From: Sphyrna mokarran
Lineage: Eukaryota
Length of the DNA: 64,000 bases
Direction of reading: 5' to 3'
Assembly: GCA_024679065.1 (NCBI GenBank)
Contig: JAGIQG010000010.1
Span: forward strand, 62,868,001-62,932,000
Both the position numbers and the translations under genes were made by a program. Every line of letters starts with the position of its first letter. Position 1 is the stretch's first letter. Under the pieces are notes generated by a model. That model ran no database searches. It worked only from the letters and a program-made list of their open reading frames with translations, and was not told the origin of the DNA. Positions 14,140 through 25,860 of this stretch are shown one piece after another.

Positions 14140-15006
14140 GCTCTTGAAGTGTGTGGCTTGCTAGGCCATTTCAGACAACAGTTAACAATTAACCCTATTA
14201 TTGTAGATCTGGAGTCACATGTAGGCCAGCAGATTTCATTCCCTAAAGGGCATCATCAAACAAGGTGGATTTTTACAACAACCAATGATAGTTTCATTGT
14301 TGCCATCACTAAGACTACTTTTTATTTCCAGATGTTATTAATTGAGCTTAAATTCCACCAGATTTTGTCTAACAAGAGGCATACACGCAATGGGCCGTGA
14401 GAGGGCTGCTCTTGGATTTTTCGAGAGTAGCCTAGTGCTTCACGTCGTTAGTGTATGCTTGACCTGGACAACAAAGAACAAAACAGCATGGGAAACAGGC
14501 CTTTCAGCCCAACGAGCCCGCGCCGCCACCCCGATGTTTCTACCTCTACCTGTGATCCCTGTCTATGTTTATTTGATGGGCAACACGACAGCTCAATGAC
14601 TATTGCTGTGCTATGCAGACACATGGATTTGGTCCTGTGTCTGCAGGAGTTTGGGCATTCTCCCCGGTGCTTGCGTGGGTTTTCTCCAGGTGCTCCGGTT
14701 TCCTCCCACATTCCAAAGCTGTGCTCTTAGGCTGATTGGCAGAACAAATTCTCCCTAATTTGGTTCTAATGCATAGATCTATAAACATAGACAGCGATGA
14801 CAGAGATTATGGGTAAAAGTGGGAACATCAAGGTGGCGGTATGGGCTCATTGGACCAAAGGGCCTGTTTCCCATGCTGTTTTGTTCTTTGTACTATTCTC
14901 TGTATCTTTGTAGTAGATGGCATGATGGGATTTGAATTCATGGCCCCAAAATATTAACTTGAGCTTTGGGAGTAGTATAATGAAATTACCACTAGGCCAC
15001 CATCTC
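14140..15006 (-). mobile_element. Second tRNA-headed SINE-like family, split by the insertion at 14364-14914
   Basis: Body at 14140-14363. Head at 14915-15006 reads gagatggtggcctagtggtaat...gaattcaaatcccatcatgcc on the minus strand. A related copy lies at 49200-49455. Confidence 0.7.
14364..14914 (+). mobile_element. Composite hairpin-headed V-domain SINE derivative, copy 1 (with internal inverted arm)
   Basis: Colinear with 41945-42370. V domain at about 14635-14720; CR1-type tail ending tgttttgttctttgt; possible agat target duplication (14360-14363 and 14915-14918). Confidence 0.85.
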
Positions 15007-15799
15007 ATTTCCTTGAAGAGAATGGGTCCTCATATATGTCACTATTAGTAAACATTATGAGCTTGACTAATTAAATAGACAACCAATTTAAGAACAAGCT
15101 CATACTGTGGCTCATTTTTACCTGCTCCAGGTGGCATACTATCTTGATACATTCCCTGCACACAAAAAAAACGTTCTAGTTTTGCACTTTTTTTGAATTA
15201 CCTGGAATCTTGGAGAGCCAAGAATTCTTCACGCTTTCTCCATGGCAACACCTCAGCCAATCAAAGTCAACTTGCCAAACAATCACAAAAGTCATTCTGT
15301 GTGAAACCTATAAATCAAGAACAAAAAAAATCTTTGAAGCAATTCAGTGATGTTTGAACCATAATCAGTGTGTTTTGTCACTGTGCTTTGTGCTGATGGA
15401 TTGTGTGTGATGTCTAACACCTAACCTATAACTTCTTCTAAATGAGTCCCCAGTGGCAGGAAACAGGCATTTTTGTTCTGCAGGGTTCACTGACAGCCAG
15501 CTAAGATTTGTGCAACAACAGTAAAGATTTGAGAAGACATTTACCTCCTTACATACACAATGGTGAACCTAGACTGAATAACCTGATGGAGTCTATCACT
15601 CTATGTTATATCATCTCCCACTAGTAATGTAATTGAGGACCAGGCTTACAAACTCAGTTTTTCAGCACATTGAAGCACCAATGGAATAGGGAATTTGCAG
15701 AGATACAAGCACACAGTATTGGCCTACCAATACTGCCTCATACATGCTCACATTGCTTTGGAGGCTCTTAGACATGATTAACTTTACCTCACTTTAGGA

Positions 15800-16145
15800 A
15801 TATTTACATAAGATCATGAATGGTCTCGTCAAGGCGAACATGGAAAGGATATTTTCTAATGTGGGTGAGTTCAGAACTCTGTAGGAGAAAGATGTGGAGA
15901 TTCTTATTTTTTTCTTAGAGGGTTCTCTCAACTTGGGAACTCCCTGCCTCAGAAGGTGGTGGAAGTGATGTCATTGAATAGTTTTAAGGCAAAGGTAGAT
16001 AATTTCTTGATAGACAAACAAATCAAAGGTTATTTGGTATGATGGGAGTGTGGAACTTGAAACAGAAACAGATCAGCCATATCTTATTGAATGGTGGAGC
16101 AGGCTTGAGGGGCTGAATGGTCTACTTCTGCTCCTATTTTGTACA
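15800..16145 (+). mobile_element. CR1 LINE 3' end
   Basis: aagatcatgaatggtct...gggaactccctgcctcagaaggtggtggaag...gaatggtggagcaggcttgaggggctgaatggtctacttctgctcc. Confidence 0.8.
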
Positions 16146-16670
16146 TTCATAAAACTTAGATCAACAGTTGAACATGAATATTGGAACAGTTTTTCTATTT
16201 GTTATCTTGGCCATATGATTAAAAACTTTATTACCATTGCAAATAATTAAGTTATTCTCAAAGATATAAAAAGTGATGTGGGTCTGAAATATAAGTAACT
16301 AAGTAAATAACTTAAGAAAGAGTCAAAAATGTAATAAGCACCCGAAAAGATGAGGATGAGCATCATCCTGGCACTACCCACGAAGTAAATGTTACCGTAG
16401 AATGTAGCTCTCAAGTTGCCAGCTCTGGATTGGACAGTAAGACTGAATACCATTGAGTTGGGAACAGATGAACAATAAATAGGCCAATTGATTGATAATT
16501 CTCTGGTTGCAGGCTGGCTGATGCTGCAAATCATTCTGGAGGAAAACAGTGATAAAAAGCTGAGAGAGGAAGGTATCTTAACTATCACTTGCTACAATGA
16601 TGTTTGCAACACTTGTTAAACTGCCTGTCTATTGACCTAGGCAGGTATCTTCTGCACAGCTGAGTATCAT

Positions 16671-17112
16671 TATGTGGAGATGCCGGCGTTGGACTGGGGT
16701 AAACACAGTAAGAAGTCTCACAACACCAGGTTAAAGTCCAACAGGTTTATTTGGTAACAAATGCCACTACCTTTCAGAGTGCTACTCCTTCGTCAGGTGA
16801 GTAGGGAGTTCTGATCACACAGTGAATATAAAGGCACACACAGAATATTAATTAGAATGTGAGTCTTTACAGCTAACCAAATCTTAAAGGTGCAGAAATG
16901 TGAATGGAGGTAACATTAAGCATAGGTTAAAGAGATGTGTATTGTCTTCAGACAAGGCAGTAAGTGAGATGTTTCAAGCCCAGGCAAGGCATGAGGGTTA
17001 CAAATAGTGTGCCATGAATCCAAGATCACACAATTTGTAACCCCATGACTTTCCTGGGCTTGCAACATCTCTGTTGGACTTTAATCTGGTGTTGTGAGAC
17101 TTCTTATTACAT
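16671..17112 (-). mobile_element. Penelope-like element terminus with inverted segments and hammerhead ribozyme relic
   Basis: Minus strand reads cacCTGACGAaggagtagcactctGAAAggtagtg, then AATAAA. 16708-16745 is repeated inverted at 17071-17107, and 16966-17005 at about 17033-17071. Flanked by ctgagtatcat / ctgagcatcac. Confidence 0.8.
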
Positions 17113-17789
17113 CTGAGCATCACCATAGATGGAGCACTCCATGTCACAGCCTCAGTCATTGCATCTGTATGCACACTGGCAAAATCTTATGTCACACAGC
17201 CAAATAGCAGTAGGGGCAACTTGCAAGTTTTGGAGGGAGGAATTTGATACATCACCTACCATCACGAGGAAAGTTGATAGTCTTCATTGTTTCATCAGCT
17301 AAAGCATTGCTGAGAACGAAAAAAGTGTAAGGAGCAGAAGGAATTCAATGGAGGCACTATCTTTACCATGGAAGTTGTTGCCACTTCATCAAAACCAATA
17401 CTGATGCAAACATGGAGATTCTGATGCAATGGCAAGCCTCTGATTTGAGAAGGCAGCATTCTTGTCAATTCTTAAAGGCGCATATTTAAAACTCTTCAAA
17501 TTGATTGTATTTTGACCTCGTGCTGTGCAGCACCTCCACCAAGTTACCAGGCTGCTGATAGAGTAGTGAGCCCATACAATGCTCTCGAGATGTGATAAAA
17601 TTGGTATTAATTGGTCCTTAAACACCTTCATCGAAGTTTCATTGTTGTTGGGCAGATTGCCACCATCACTGCAAACCCATCAACAGGCAAAGCATGAGGA
17701 AACAGGAACACATTGCATAAGCAGTCCAATGCTTTGCTCCTCCTTTTATCTGTCTGGCTGCCTCCAAAGATACCTTCATTAGAGTCAAC

Positions 17790-18190
17790 AACCAAATAAC
17801 TTATATAGCTCTTTTAACACAATAAAACATCTTCACAGGAACATTATCAAACAAAATATGACATGGAACCATGTATCTCTTCAAAGAGGAAAGCGAGATA
17901 GGAAGGCAGAGGGATGGTATTCGAGAATATGGGGCTTTATCAACTGAAGGTATGGCCACTAATAATGGAGTAATTAAAATCAGTGATACACGGCAGACCA
18001 GAATTAGAGGAGTGCAAATACCTAAGCTGGATTTTAAGAGATGAAAGAGATAGGAAGGAATGAAGCCACAGAATTTTTGAAAACAAGACTCAGAATTTTA
18101 AAATCAAGTTATTGCTCAACTGAGAGCCAATGTAAGTCAATGAGCATCGAGATGAATGAGAATTGGACTTGGTATGAGTTTAGAAAGGAA
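17790..18190 (-). mobile_element. L2-type LINE 3' fragment
   Basis: aacttatatagctcttttaacacaataaaacatcttcacagg is the reverse of an L2/Deu-type terminus, followed by purine-rich decayed ORF sequence. Confidence 0.55.
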
Positions 18191-18281
18191 TAGAATAGTA
18201 CCTTTCATAAACTTGAGGTCATTCAAAACTTTGCTGCTCTTTTCTTAAGAAAAATGCTGCCCTCATCGTTGGCTGATAAGT

Positions 18282-18592
18282 CATAGGATACTATAGTGCA
18301 GAAGGTGGCCATCTAGCCCATGGATCTGTACTGATCACAATCTCACTCGATTCCTATCCCCATAAACCCATGTATTTACTCTAGCTAGTTCTCCTAACTA
18401 AGGGGTGATTTAACATGGCCAATCAACCTAACCCGCGCATCTTTGGAGTGTGGGAGGAAACTGGAGTACCTGGAGGAAACCCACGCAGGCATGGGGAAAA
18501 CATGCAAACTTCATAGAGACAGTGACTCAAGCTGGGAATTGAACCTGTGTTCCTGGTGTTGTGAGGCAGCAATGCTAACCACTGTGCCGCCC
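18282..18592 (-). mobile_element. V-domain SINE (HE1-like), full length
   Basis: Reverse V domain (tgtgggaggaaactggagtacctggaggaaacccacgcag), B box (gggaattgaacc) and head (gctaaccactgtgccgccc). Confidence 0.88.
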
Positions 18593-18944
18593 CTGCAAAT
18601 ATGATTGTGTAATGTCCTAAATATTTAGGGGTTGTGAGTGATACATTAAAAAAAAGAGTTGCACATTTAGATTCAAACCAACAACAACAAGGTTTATTCC
18701 TGGAGCTCTTACCTATACAGAATAGAAACTGAAACTAAATAGGGGCCTGTGAAAAATTCAGTGACAACGCCATTAAATCATGTGACTGGTACATAAAACA
18801 ATCATATAACCACTTAAATATATAAAAGATTGATGGCATAATTGAGACTGGTCAAGTTCCAATGCCAGCTGACCATCATGAATTTTATTTCTTAATTTGA
18901 TAACATTTATCTATTAAATTCAGACACAACAACACATACCCAGC

Positions 18945-19515
18945 CCAGTCATCCCTGCCAAGTTCTCCTCACTAGTAGCTGGGGGCCTTATAATTAAATT
19001 GGGTGAGCAGTCCCACACACTAATCATATCTTATAACTCATGTCGCAGACTCCTCCATCACCATCTCTGGGTATGGTTGATTCCCCCCAGCTGGAAAGAC
19101 CCACTAGAAGTGGCAACACAATGACATATAGTCTAAGGTGTGGCCCTGAGCACTCTTCCTCAACATTTGACTCCAATTGATTCTCGTGGCACCAGGTCAA
19201 ACATGGGTAAGGTTACAATCAAATGCTCTCTCTCTCTCAGCTGAAGAATATTGATCATCGTGTGGAAGAATAGCTGAAGTAGTATGGGTACAAAATGTAC
19301 TCTGGATGAGGTCTTCATTGTCTATTGTCAAGCATGGTTTAGTAGCACCTTGACAGGCTGAGCCCAGAAAAACATAGCTGCCACACTGGCAGATAGTGCG
19401 AGAAACAGCATGAGTGAAGCCAGTCATGATCTTGTCCTCATCAATCTACATTTCACATATGCATTGTCCATGGCAACATTGATATGCTTAATCATCAAAC
19501 AGCTTTTGGAGAGAT
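18945..19515 (+). mobile_element. Decayed AP-endonuclease region of a CR1/L2-group LINE
   Basis: Frameshifted remnants such as KLGEQSH, DSSITISGY, SWHQVKHG and LILSSSI; no intact ORF. Confidence 0.55.
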
Positions 19516-19791
19516 TAAGGCCATGATTCTCCCAAATTAGGACTAAGTGCCCATGCTAGTCAGTAAATATGAGCATTTCCCATTGCCACTAGGAGCATCT
19601 GTCAGGTGGGATTCGCCCACTTGACAGATGCAAATTCATATATACTAAGCAACCTGATTTTCAGAGATCTGGCTATCATTTTTAAATGACTCCACAATCT
19701 CCACGCTCAGAGACAGATTCCCCCCTTCCCAAAAAATGAAATGGTAACCCCTCCACTCCACGGCCCCACTGACCAGGGGAGAACCAGCAAC

Positions 19792-20760
19792 CCATAAGAC
19801 CATAAGGTATAGGAACAGAATTATGGCTGATTAATTTCTCTTACCTTTTCCCTGTAATCTTTTGATCCCTTTGCCAATTAAGAGCCTATCTATCTCTGTC
19901 TTAAATATAGTCAATCAGCTGGCCCTGTAGCCTTCTGTGGCAATAAATTACATAGCTTCACCATCCTACGACTGAAAAACTTCCTCCTCATCTCAGTTCT
20001 GAAGGGTCATCCTTTTATTCTAAGGCTGTGCCCTAGGATCCTAGTCTCTTCAATTAAGAGAAATATCTTCCCCATGCCCGCTCTATCCAGGCCTTCCAGT
20101 ATTCTATAAGTTTTATCCTTCTAAATTCCATCAGCTCCAAACCCACAATCCTAAAATTCTCCTCATAAATCAAGATTTTCATTCCTGGGATCATTCTCAT
20201 GAACCTCCTCTGGACCCTCTCCAGAGCCAGTACATTCTTCCTTAGATACATGGCCCAAAATTGGTCATAATACTCCAAATGTGGTCTGATCAGAACCTTT
20301 TAAAGCCTCAGTAGTCCATCCCTGTTTTTGTATTCTAGTTCTCTTGAAATGAATGTTAACATTGCATTCGCCTTCCCAACTACAAACTCAATATGCAAGT
20401 TAACCTTAAGAAAATCCTGAACTTGAACTCCTCAGTCATGTTGCGCTTCCGATTTCTCAATCGTCTCCCCACTTTGAAAATGGTTTAGACCTGTTCTTCC
20501 TACCAAAGTGCATAATCTCTTTCCCACATTGTGTTTCATCTGCCATTTCTTTGCTCACTCTTCCACTCTTCTAACCTATCCAATTCCTTCTGCAATCTCT
20601 CTGCCTCCTTGATACTACCTGTCTCTCCACCTGTCTTTGCATTATTGGCAAATTGAGCCACAATGTCCTCAGTTTTATCATCTAGATCATTGATGTATAA
20701 AGTGAAAAGTTATCGTCCCAACATTGACTGCTGTAGAACTCAACTTGTCAAATGCCAACC
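19792..20760 (-). mobile_element. CR1 LINE, 5'-truncated RT region plus 3' UTR
   Basis: ORF 20054-20278 (EYYDQFWAMYLRKNVLALERVQRRFMRMIPGM); LFTLYINDLD near 20680-20710; tail ccataagaccataag. Confidence 0.9.
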
Positions 20761-21317
20761 TATTACCGAAACAGGGGCATCTTTCCCTTTCCTCACAAAT
20801 AATGGATCAACCCCCTACACCAACCCCACATAGGCATGAGGGTGACCTGAACACTCCATTCAGACCTCCCCCATTCCTACTCTGTCTCCACTGAGACCCC
20901 TCCCCCCACTGTGCTCTCTTCCCTATTCAAACCACACATGCAGCACTCCTCCTCATTCAGACCACCCATCCATTCAATCCCTATGAACTCCCCCAATTAT
21001 CCCTTCTCAGACCCCCACTCAGCCTACTTCTCCACTCAATACCCCATTAAACCCCTTTCTCCACTCCTACCATCCCCTTTTCCCCAGGCACACCCACATT
21101 CAAACCTGCTCTCCATTCAAACACGCCATCAACCCTTTCATTTTGGCAATGCCAATGGTGCAATGCCCTGGCACTGTGGCCTGGCACTTTGGGCTCTGAA
21201 GGGGAATTCATAGGTGCTGAATGGGTGGCCTGGGTCACCTTCATGCCTGTGTGAGGTACGGATAGAGGGTGATCTGTTATTTGTGGAGAGGGTGAAGGAT
21301 GCCCCTATTTAGGTTAT

Positions 21318-21521
21318 AGGTTGGCATTTGATGAGTCGAATTCTACAGGGGTCACTGTTGGGACCAAAATTTTTCACTTTATACATCAATGATCTAGATA
21401 AAGGAACTGAGGGCATTGTGGCTCAGTTTTCCAATAATGCAAAGATAAGTAGAAGACAGGTAGTATTGAGGAGGTGGAGAGGCTGCAGAAGGACTTGGAT
21501 AGGCTAGAAGAGTGGGCAAAG
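21318..21521 (+). mobile_element. CR1 RT fragment, part of an inverted duplication
   Basis: QGSLLGPKFFTLYINDLDKGTEGIVAQF; reverse complement of 20549-20760. Confidence 0.85.
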
Positions 21522-23479
21522 TAGGTCCAGTGGGCACTTGCCTCTCTGCATGACCAAGCTACAGAGAGTGAGTGCTGGGTATTGGGAGGGCTGGAACAGG
21601 AGGCAAGGGGTTGACTATGCCATTCTCCTCAGAATACAGGTCTCGTGGCTGAACTGCCCCTTCTAGCCCGGGCAGACCTGATGATCACTACTGGAATGGT
21701 GATTTCAGGCAGTCCTGTGATAAACATTTTCATTCCAGTCTGTCAGCTGTGGAAGTTTTGAAGTGGACAGGTCACTTTAATCTCCATATCTTTGGTCACT
21801 TAGCTGGCTTTTATATCAGTGGAGCACACCATTCTGCAGCAGAGATTTTCCTTTCACCTTGTCATAAGCTGTAGGTGTGAGCAGACCTCTTTGAAGTTCC
21901 TTGACAGAAATGAGACGTCAATTTCATCTTGGAAGGGAGGTACCATTCTCCACAGCTGTGCATTCAACCCCAATGTATGCACACAGCTTTGATTTGAAGT
22001 TTCTGAGTCTCCCTAGCAAACTAAAACCTTTGTAACCTTCTCTATTGCATCAAAAACCTTTGATCTCTGTCAATTTCATGCTTTGAAAGAAGAGCCCTGC
22101 CTTGGGGTTCCGGCACTTTATCCAAAACTTTTAAATATAGAATAAAGCGTAAAGCATCAGCTTCCAGCTCTCAGTCCCCCTCAGTCTCCCATATATTCCC
22201 CATGCCCTTTCCTTGCCAACCTATGCCATCTCATACCCTGTACATACACTCATGGCCCCTTATACCATTCATGTCAACCTATGCCCTTCTACCCATAAAC
22301 TTCTGGCCTTACATCTATTATGCCAACTCACCCAGTATCCACCATGGGCAGAGCTTAAGACTCTTGCAGCGTTGAGATAAAATCACATTCTATGAAGTTC
22401 AAGGTATCTATTGCAGATTTCACTATACTGAATAAAAAACACATTCCTAAAAAAAATTACTACGTTTATATTCCCTCAGCTAAATAAAGCTTTATTACAG
22501 CAAATATTTAGTTCAATGAACAATCCCTTATAACAAAAGCAGTAAAATTCAGAGTACCACTTCAAAGAGTCTACAACCACTTCGAACTGCCAATCAGATT
22601 GTGAAATGGAAGGCACCTGACTGTGATAGTGGGTGGTTGTAAAATCAATCATACAGCAATTTTCCTGTATTAGGCATGATTAGGTTTATGTTAACAGGGT
22701 GAAACAGGAAGAAACAATTTTTTATTTCTTACACTTCAGACATTTTCTTTAAAGATTTAGAAAGGAAGACCTTTTAAATGCTTTGTCCATTTGACAGCTC
22801 CCTTTGACAGGCCCTCTTGATACTTTTGACAGGACAATTATTTTTGACAGTTGCTTTTGAGTTTTGATGGTTTACTTTGACAGATCTGTTGACAGTTCCA
22901 ATGAGCTTGGCAGTTAATGAGTATATGCATTTTTTATATATATTTGTGGCTACTTTTTAACAATTCCAAAGGCATTTTACCTCCCTCAAAGGGCTCCTGA
23001 CCTAGCCCAGAATTCTCCAAGCCTAATCCAAAAGGTACCTCACCTCATTCAAAGGGAACCTGACCTCCCCCAAAAGCAAACAAGGATCATATTCAGAGGA
23101 GTATCTTACCTCTCCGAAAGGTTACCCTCGTTATCCCAAGAAAGGCACAATGTTCAGGCCTATTTTAACAGATACTCTTTGCACATTGCAGATTTCACAT
23201 TCCTAGATTACCAACATTCCACTTGAATGGTGTTTGTTAATGATTTAATTTGCCATCTACCAACATAAAATGGTGCATGTAAGAAATGCGAACCACCACC
23301 ATTCCCTCTCTTGTGAAAATGGGAAATGTTGTGTTCAAGACTTCGGGGACTTCGGATTTTCAGGCACTTCTGCCATTTTCACCATAATGAAAAATCCAGG
23401 CTTGTGTGCTTTTCCATTAACATGAACATTTTTTATGTGTTCTGAAGAATAGAGCCAAAAAATAAAGTCCTCTCACCCC

Positions 23480-23735
23480 TGGGCCATAGTTCAGTTGATA
23501 GCATACTCAACTTAGGGTCTGAAAGTTATAAGTTCAAGTCCCAGTCCAGGCATCATATCACAAAAATCTAGATTGTCACCACAGTGTAGTGTTGAAAGAG
23601 TGCTACATTGTTGGAGCTACCAAGGTCCCAATTCTACAAACTGTTTATTTAAAATACTTCTTCAACGCAAGCGAAATGTACTTGGCTGTTATGTCCAATC
23701 AAAAAATGATGCACAATCTTTTGAGGTTTGGGGGA
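23480..23735 (+). mobile_element. Deu-domain SINE (SacSINE1/AmnSINE1-like), internally deleted
   Basis: tRNA-like head (tagttcagttgatagc...aagttcaagtccc) followed by aatctagattgtcaccacagtgtagtgttgaaagagtgctacattgttggag. Confidence 0.6.
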
Positions 23736-25369
23736 CAGCTGAGAGAGAGAAATATGGATAGGTGGAAGTTGTCGACAATAAATTAGAGTTTGATCACCTG
23801 ACATTTGATTTCCCAGTCCCAATATACCTCTGTAGCTTTGTTATAGTAGCTAGATACCTATTCCGTGAGAGCTCTCGCTTGTCTGTTGGACTGTTGAGGA
23901 TGTTCTTCATAGGAGTCATATTAATGGAATATGGCCAACTGAGTGTGATGTGCATAGCGAAAACTGGAACTTCCCAGTGCAATAGAAGTACCATTGTAAT
24001 ATTTTGTGCACCCAGTCAATGAAGTGCCAGTAAATTTGCTGCCCCTACTGGTTTTTATAGACTAAGTAATCTACCTATAGAGCCGACACCAGTTAGTTCC
24101 TCTGTTATGTTCAAATGGCTGCTTCTTGTATTAGCAACTGCACTTCTTCTGTTAAATCACTGCTTTGGGTAATTCTTTGTGTGAATCATGAATCTCCCAT
24201 TGAATCTGCACCCCAAGGACACTTTTTTCTTCTCTTGTACTAAGTGAAACTTGGCAGTGCCACTGTAGCCACACTCTGCTTAAATTTGAAATCTTAGTGT
24301 TGGTTGAGCTAATGCCATGTCTGCCTTGGACTTAAATACAAACTTTCTGAAAATCCCCAGGCTCTACAAGTTTCTGTTTAAGGCATTATCTAGCATTAGA
24401 ATTTTTTTCCCAACATTTTTGCTAAGATTGAAATCAATTTTTGTCAGGGTGAAATCTCTCAGGGAAGAGCTAAGCAAATACTACTACTCTCAACTCATTT
24501 TTCCTTTATGTTAAAATCAGTGAAGATAACTCTTCCCCAATGTTGAAAGCTGTTTTACAGACTCAGTGAATGGAAATTGTGTGAATTTGCAGTGGTACTG
24601 GTTGTTGTTAGTAGGGTAGTCTATTTTGATGTTAGGTTGGATGGAATTTTATGAACAGAGATGAGGTGTGGATATCTGGTTCTTGAGTGGGTGATACTGA
24701 CACACCCAATGCAATCCACAATTGCGTTGTTACTTCCTGTTAGCCAAGACAGGGGTGGTGGGCACGACTATTCTGGGGATGGAAGACCACAGTGAAGAAC
24801 AGAGCTGAAGATTTCCCCAGGTAGTGTTTTTCCCTGTCTGCAACCTTCCCTATGAACAAGGAACACAAGTACTGTCAGTTTCCTCTCACCTGTACATGTC
24901 CCCTTCGTCCATCGAGAGACTGGCAACTCTTACATCAAGCTGGCTTCAGGTTGTGGATGCTGGAGATGCAAGCAGGCTCCCGTGTCATCAGAGTGTCTGG
25001 GGGGCGGGGGCTGCTGGACTGTTCCCAAGTTCCTTGCTCTTCTTAGGTTAACAGGGAAGTGCGGATGTATCTCGTGAGGGAGGAACAATGGCTGCTTCCT
25101 GCTTCTGGAGGCTCCTCTCAGAGTGTTCCAACTGTAGACAGTAGCTCCTCAACCTCTTCAGCAATGACATTGGCTTAGGAACTGCAACGACAAAGGAGAA
25201 TCCTGGAACTGTTGACTGTACAGCTACATCCCATCCAGAAGCCTGGAAATAGAAAGCTGTCTCTGGTAAAAATTTTGAGCATGTCCCGCTGCCAGTAAGC
25301 GTGGGTTCCAAGATGCCCCATTTCTTTACAAATAGCAGATCCTAAAGCCCACGGTAAAATCCTGCCCAC

Positions 25370-25860
25370 TTAGTCAATTTCTGGGCACCTCACTTGAGGA
25401 AAAATGTCAAGGCTCAGAATTCAGAAGAAAATTGCTGGAATGGTGCCTAGAATGAAGGACTTCACTTATGTGAAAGGATTAGAGAAACAGGGATTGTCCT
25501 CCTTAGAACAAAGAGGTTAAGGGAGTTTTAACAGAGGTTCTAAATATAATATTCTGATGGAGTAAATAAGGAGATACTGGTTTCAGTGACAAAAGGGTAA
25601 ATAACAACAGCACTCAGATATAAAGTACTTAGCAAAAGAATCAGAGGGATGGAATGAGGCGACATATTTTTGCACTGATGTTATGATCTGGAATGCTGTG
25701 CCTGAATAGTGATGAAAGTATATTCCTTAATAATTTTCAAGAGGGAAGTAGATAAATATTTATTGGAAAAATGCAGGGAAATGGGCTAATTGGACCATTC
25801 TTTCAAAGAGCTGGCACAGGCATAGTAGGCCAAATGGCCTCCTATACTGTATCATTCATC
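25370..25860 (+). mobile_element. CR1 LINE 3' end, old
   Basis: caatttctgggcacctcacttgaggaaaaatgtcaaggc... through gagctggcacaggcatagtaggccaaatggcctcct. Confidence 0.75.

Noticed and set aside
14364-14470. Hairpin head as Y RNA, snRNA, C/D snoRNA, SECIS or hammerhead
   Set aside because: Only a CTTGAC similarity to Y RNA; no GGTCCGA 5' motif, convincing Sm site, C/D box pair or CUGANGA/GAAA core. Left unassigned.
24820-25370. GC-richer segment with overlapping short ORFs as an exon or transposon gene
   Set aside because: No recognisable domain or splice structure; probably a decayed repeat that I cannot assign.
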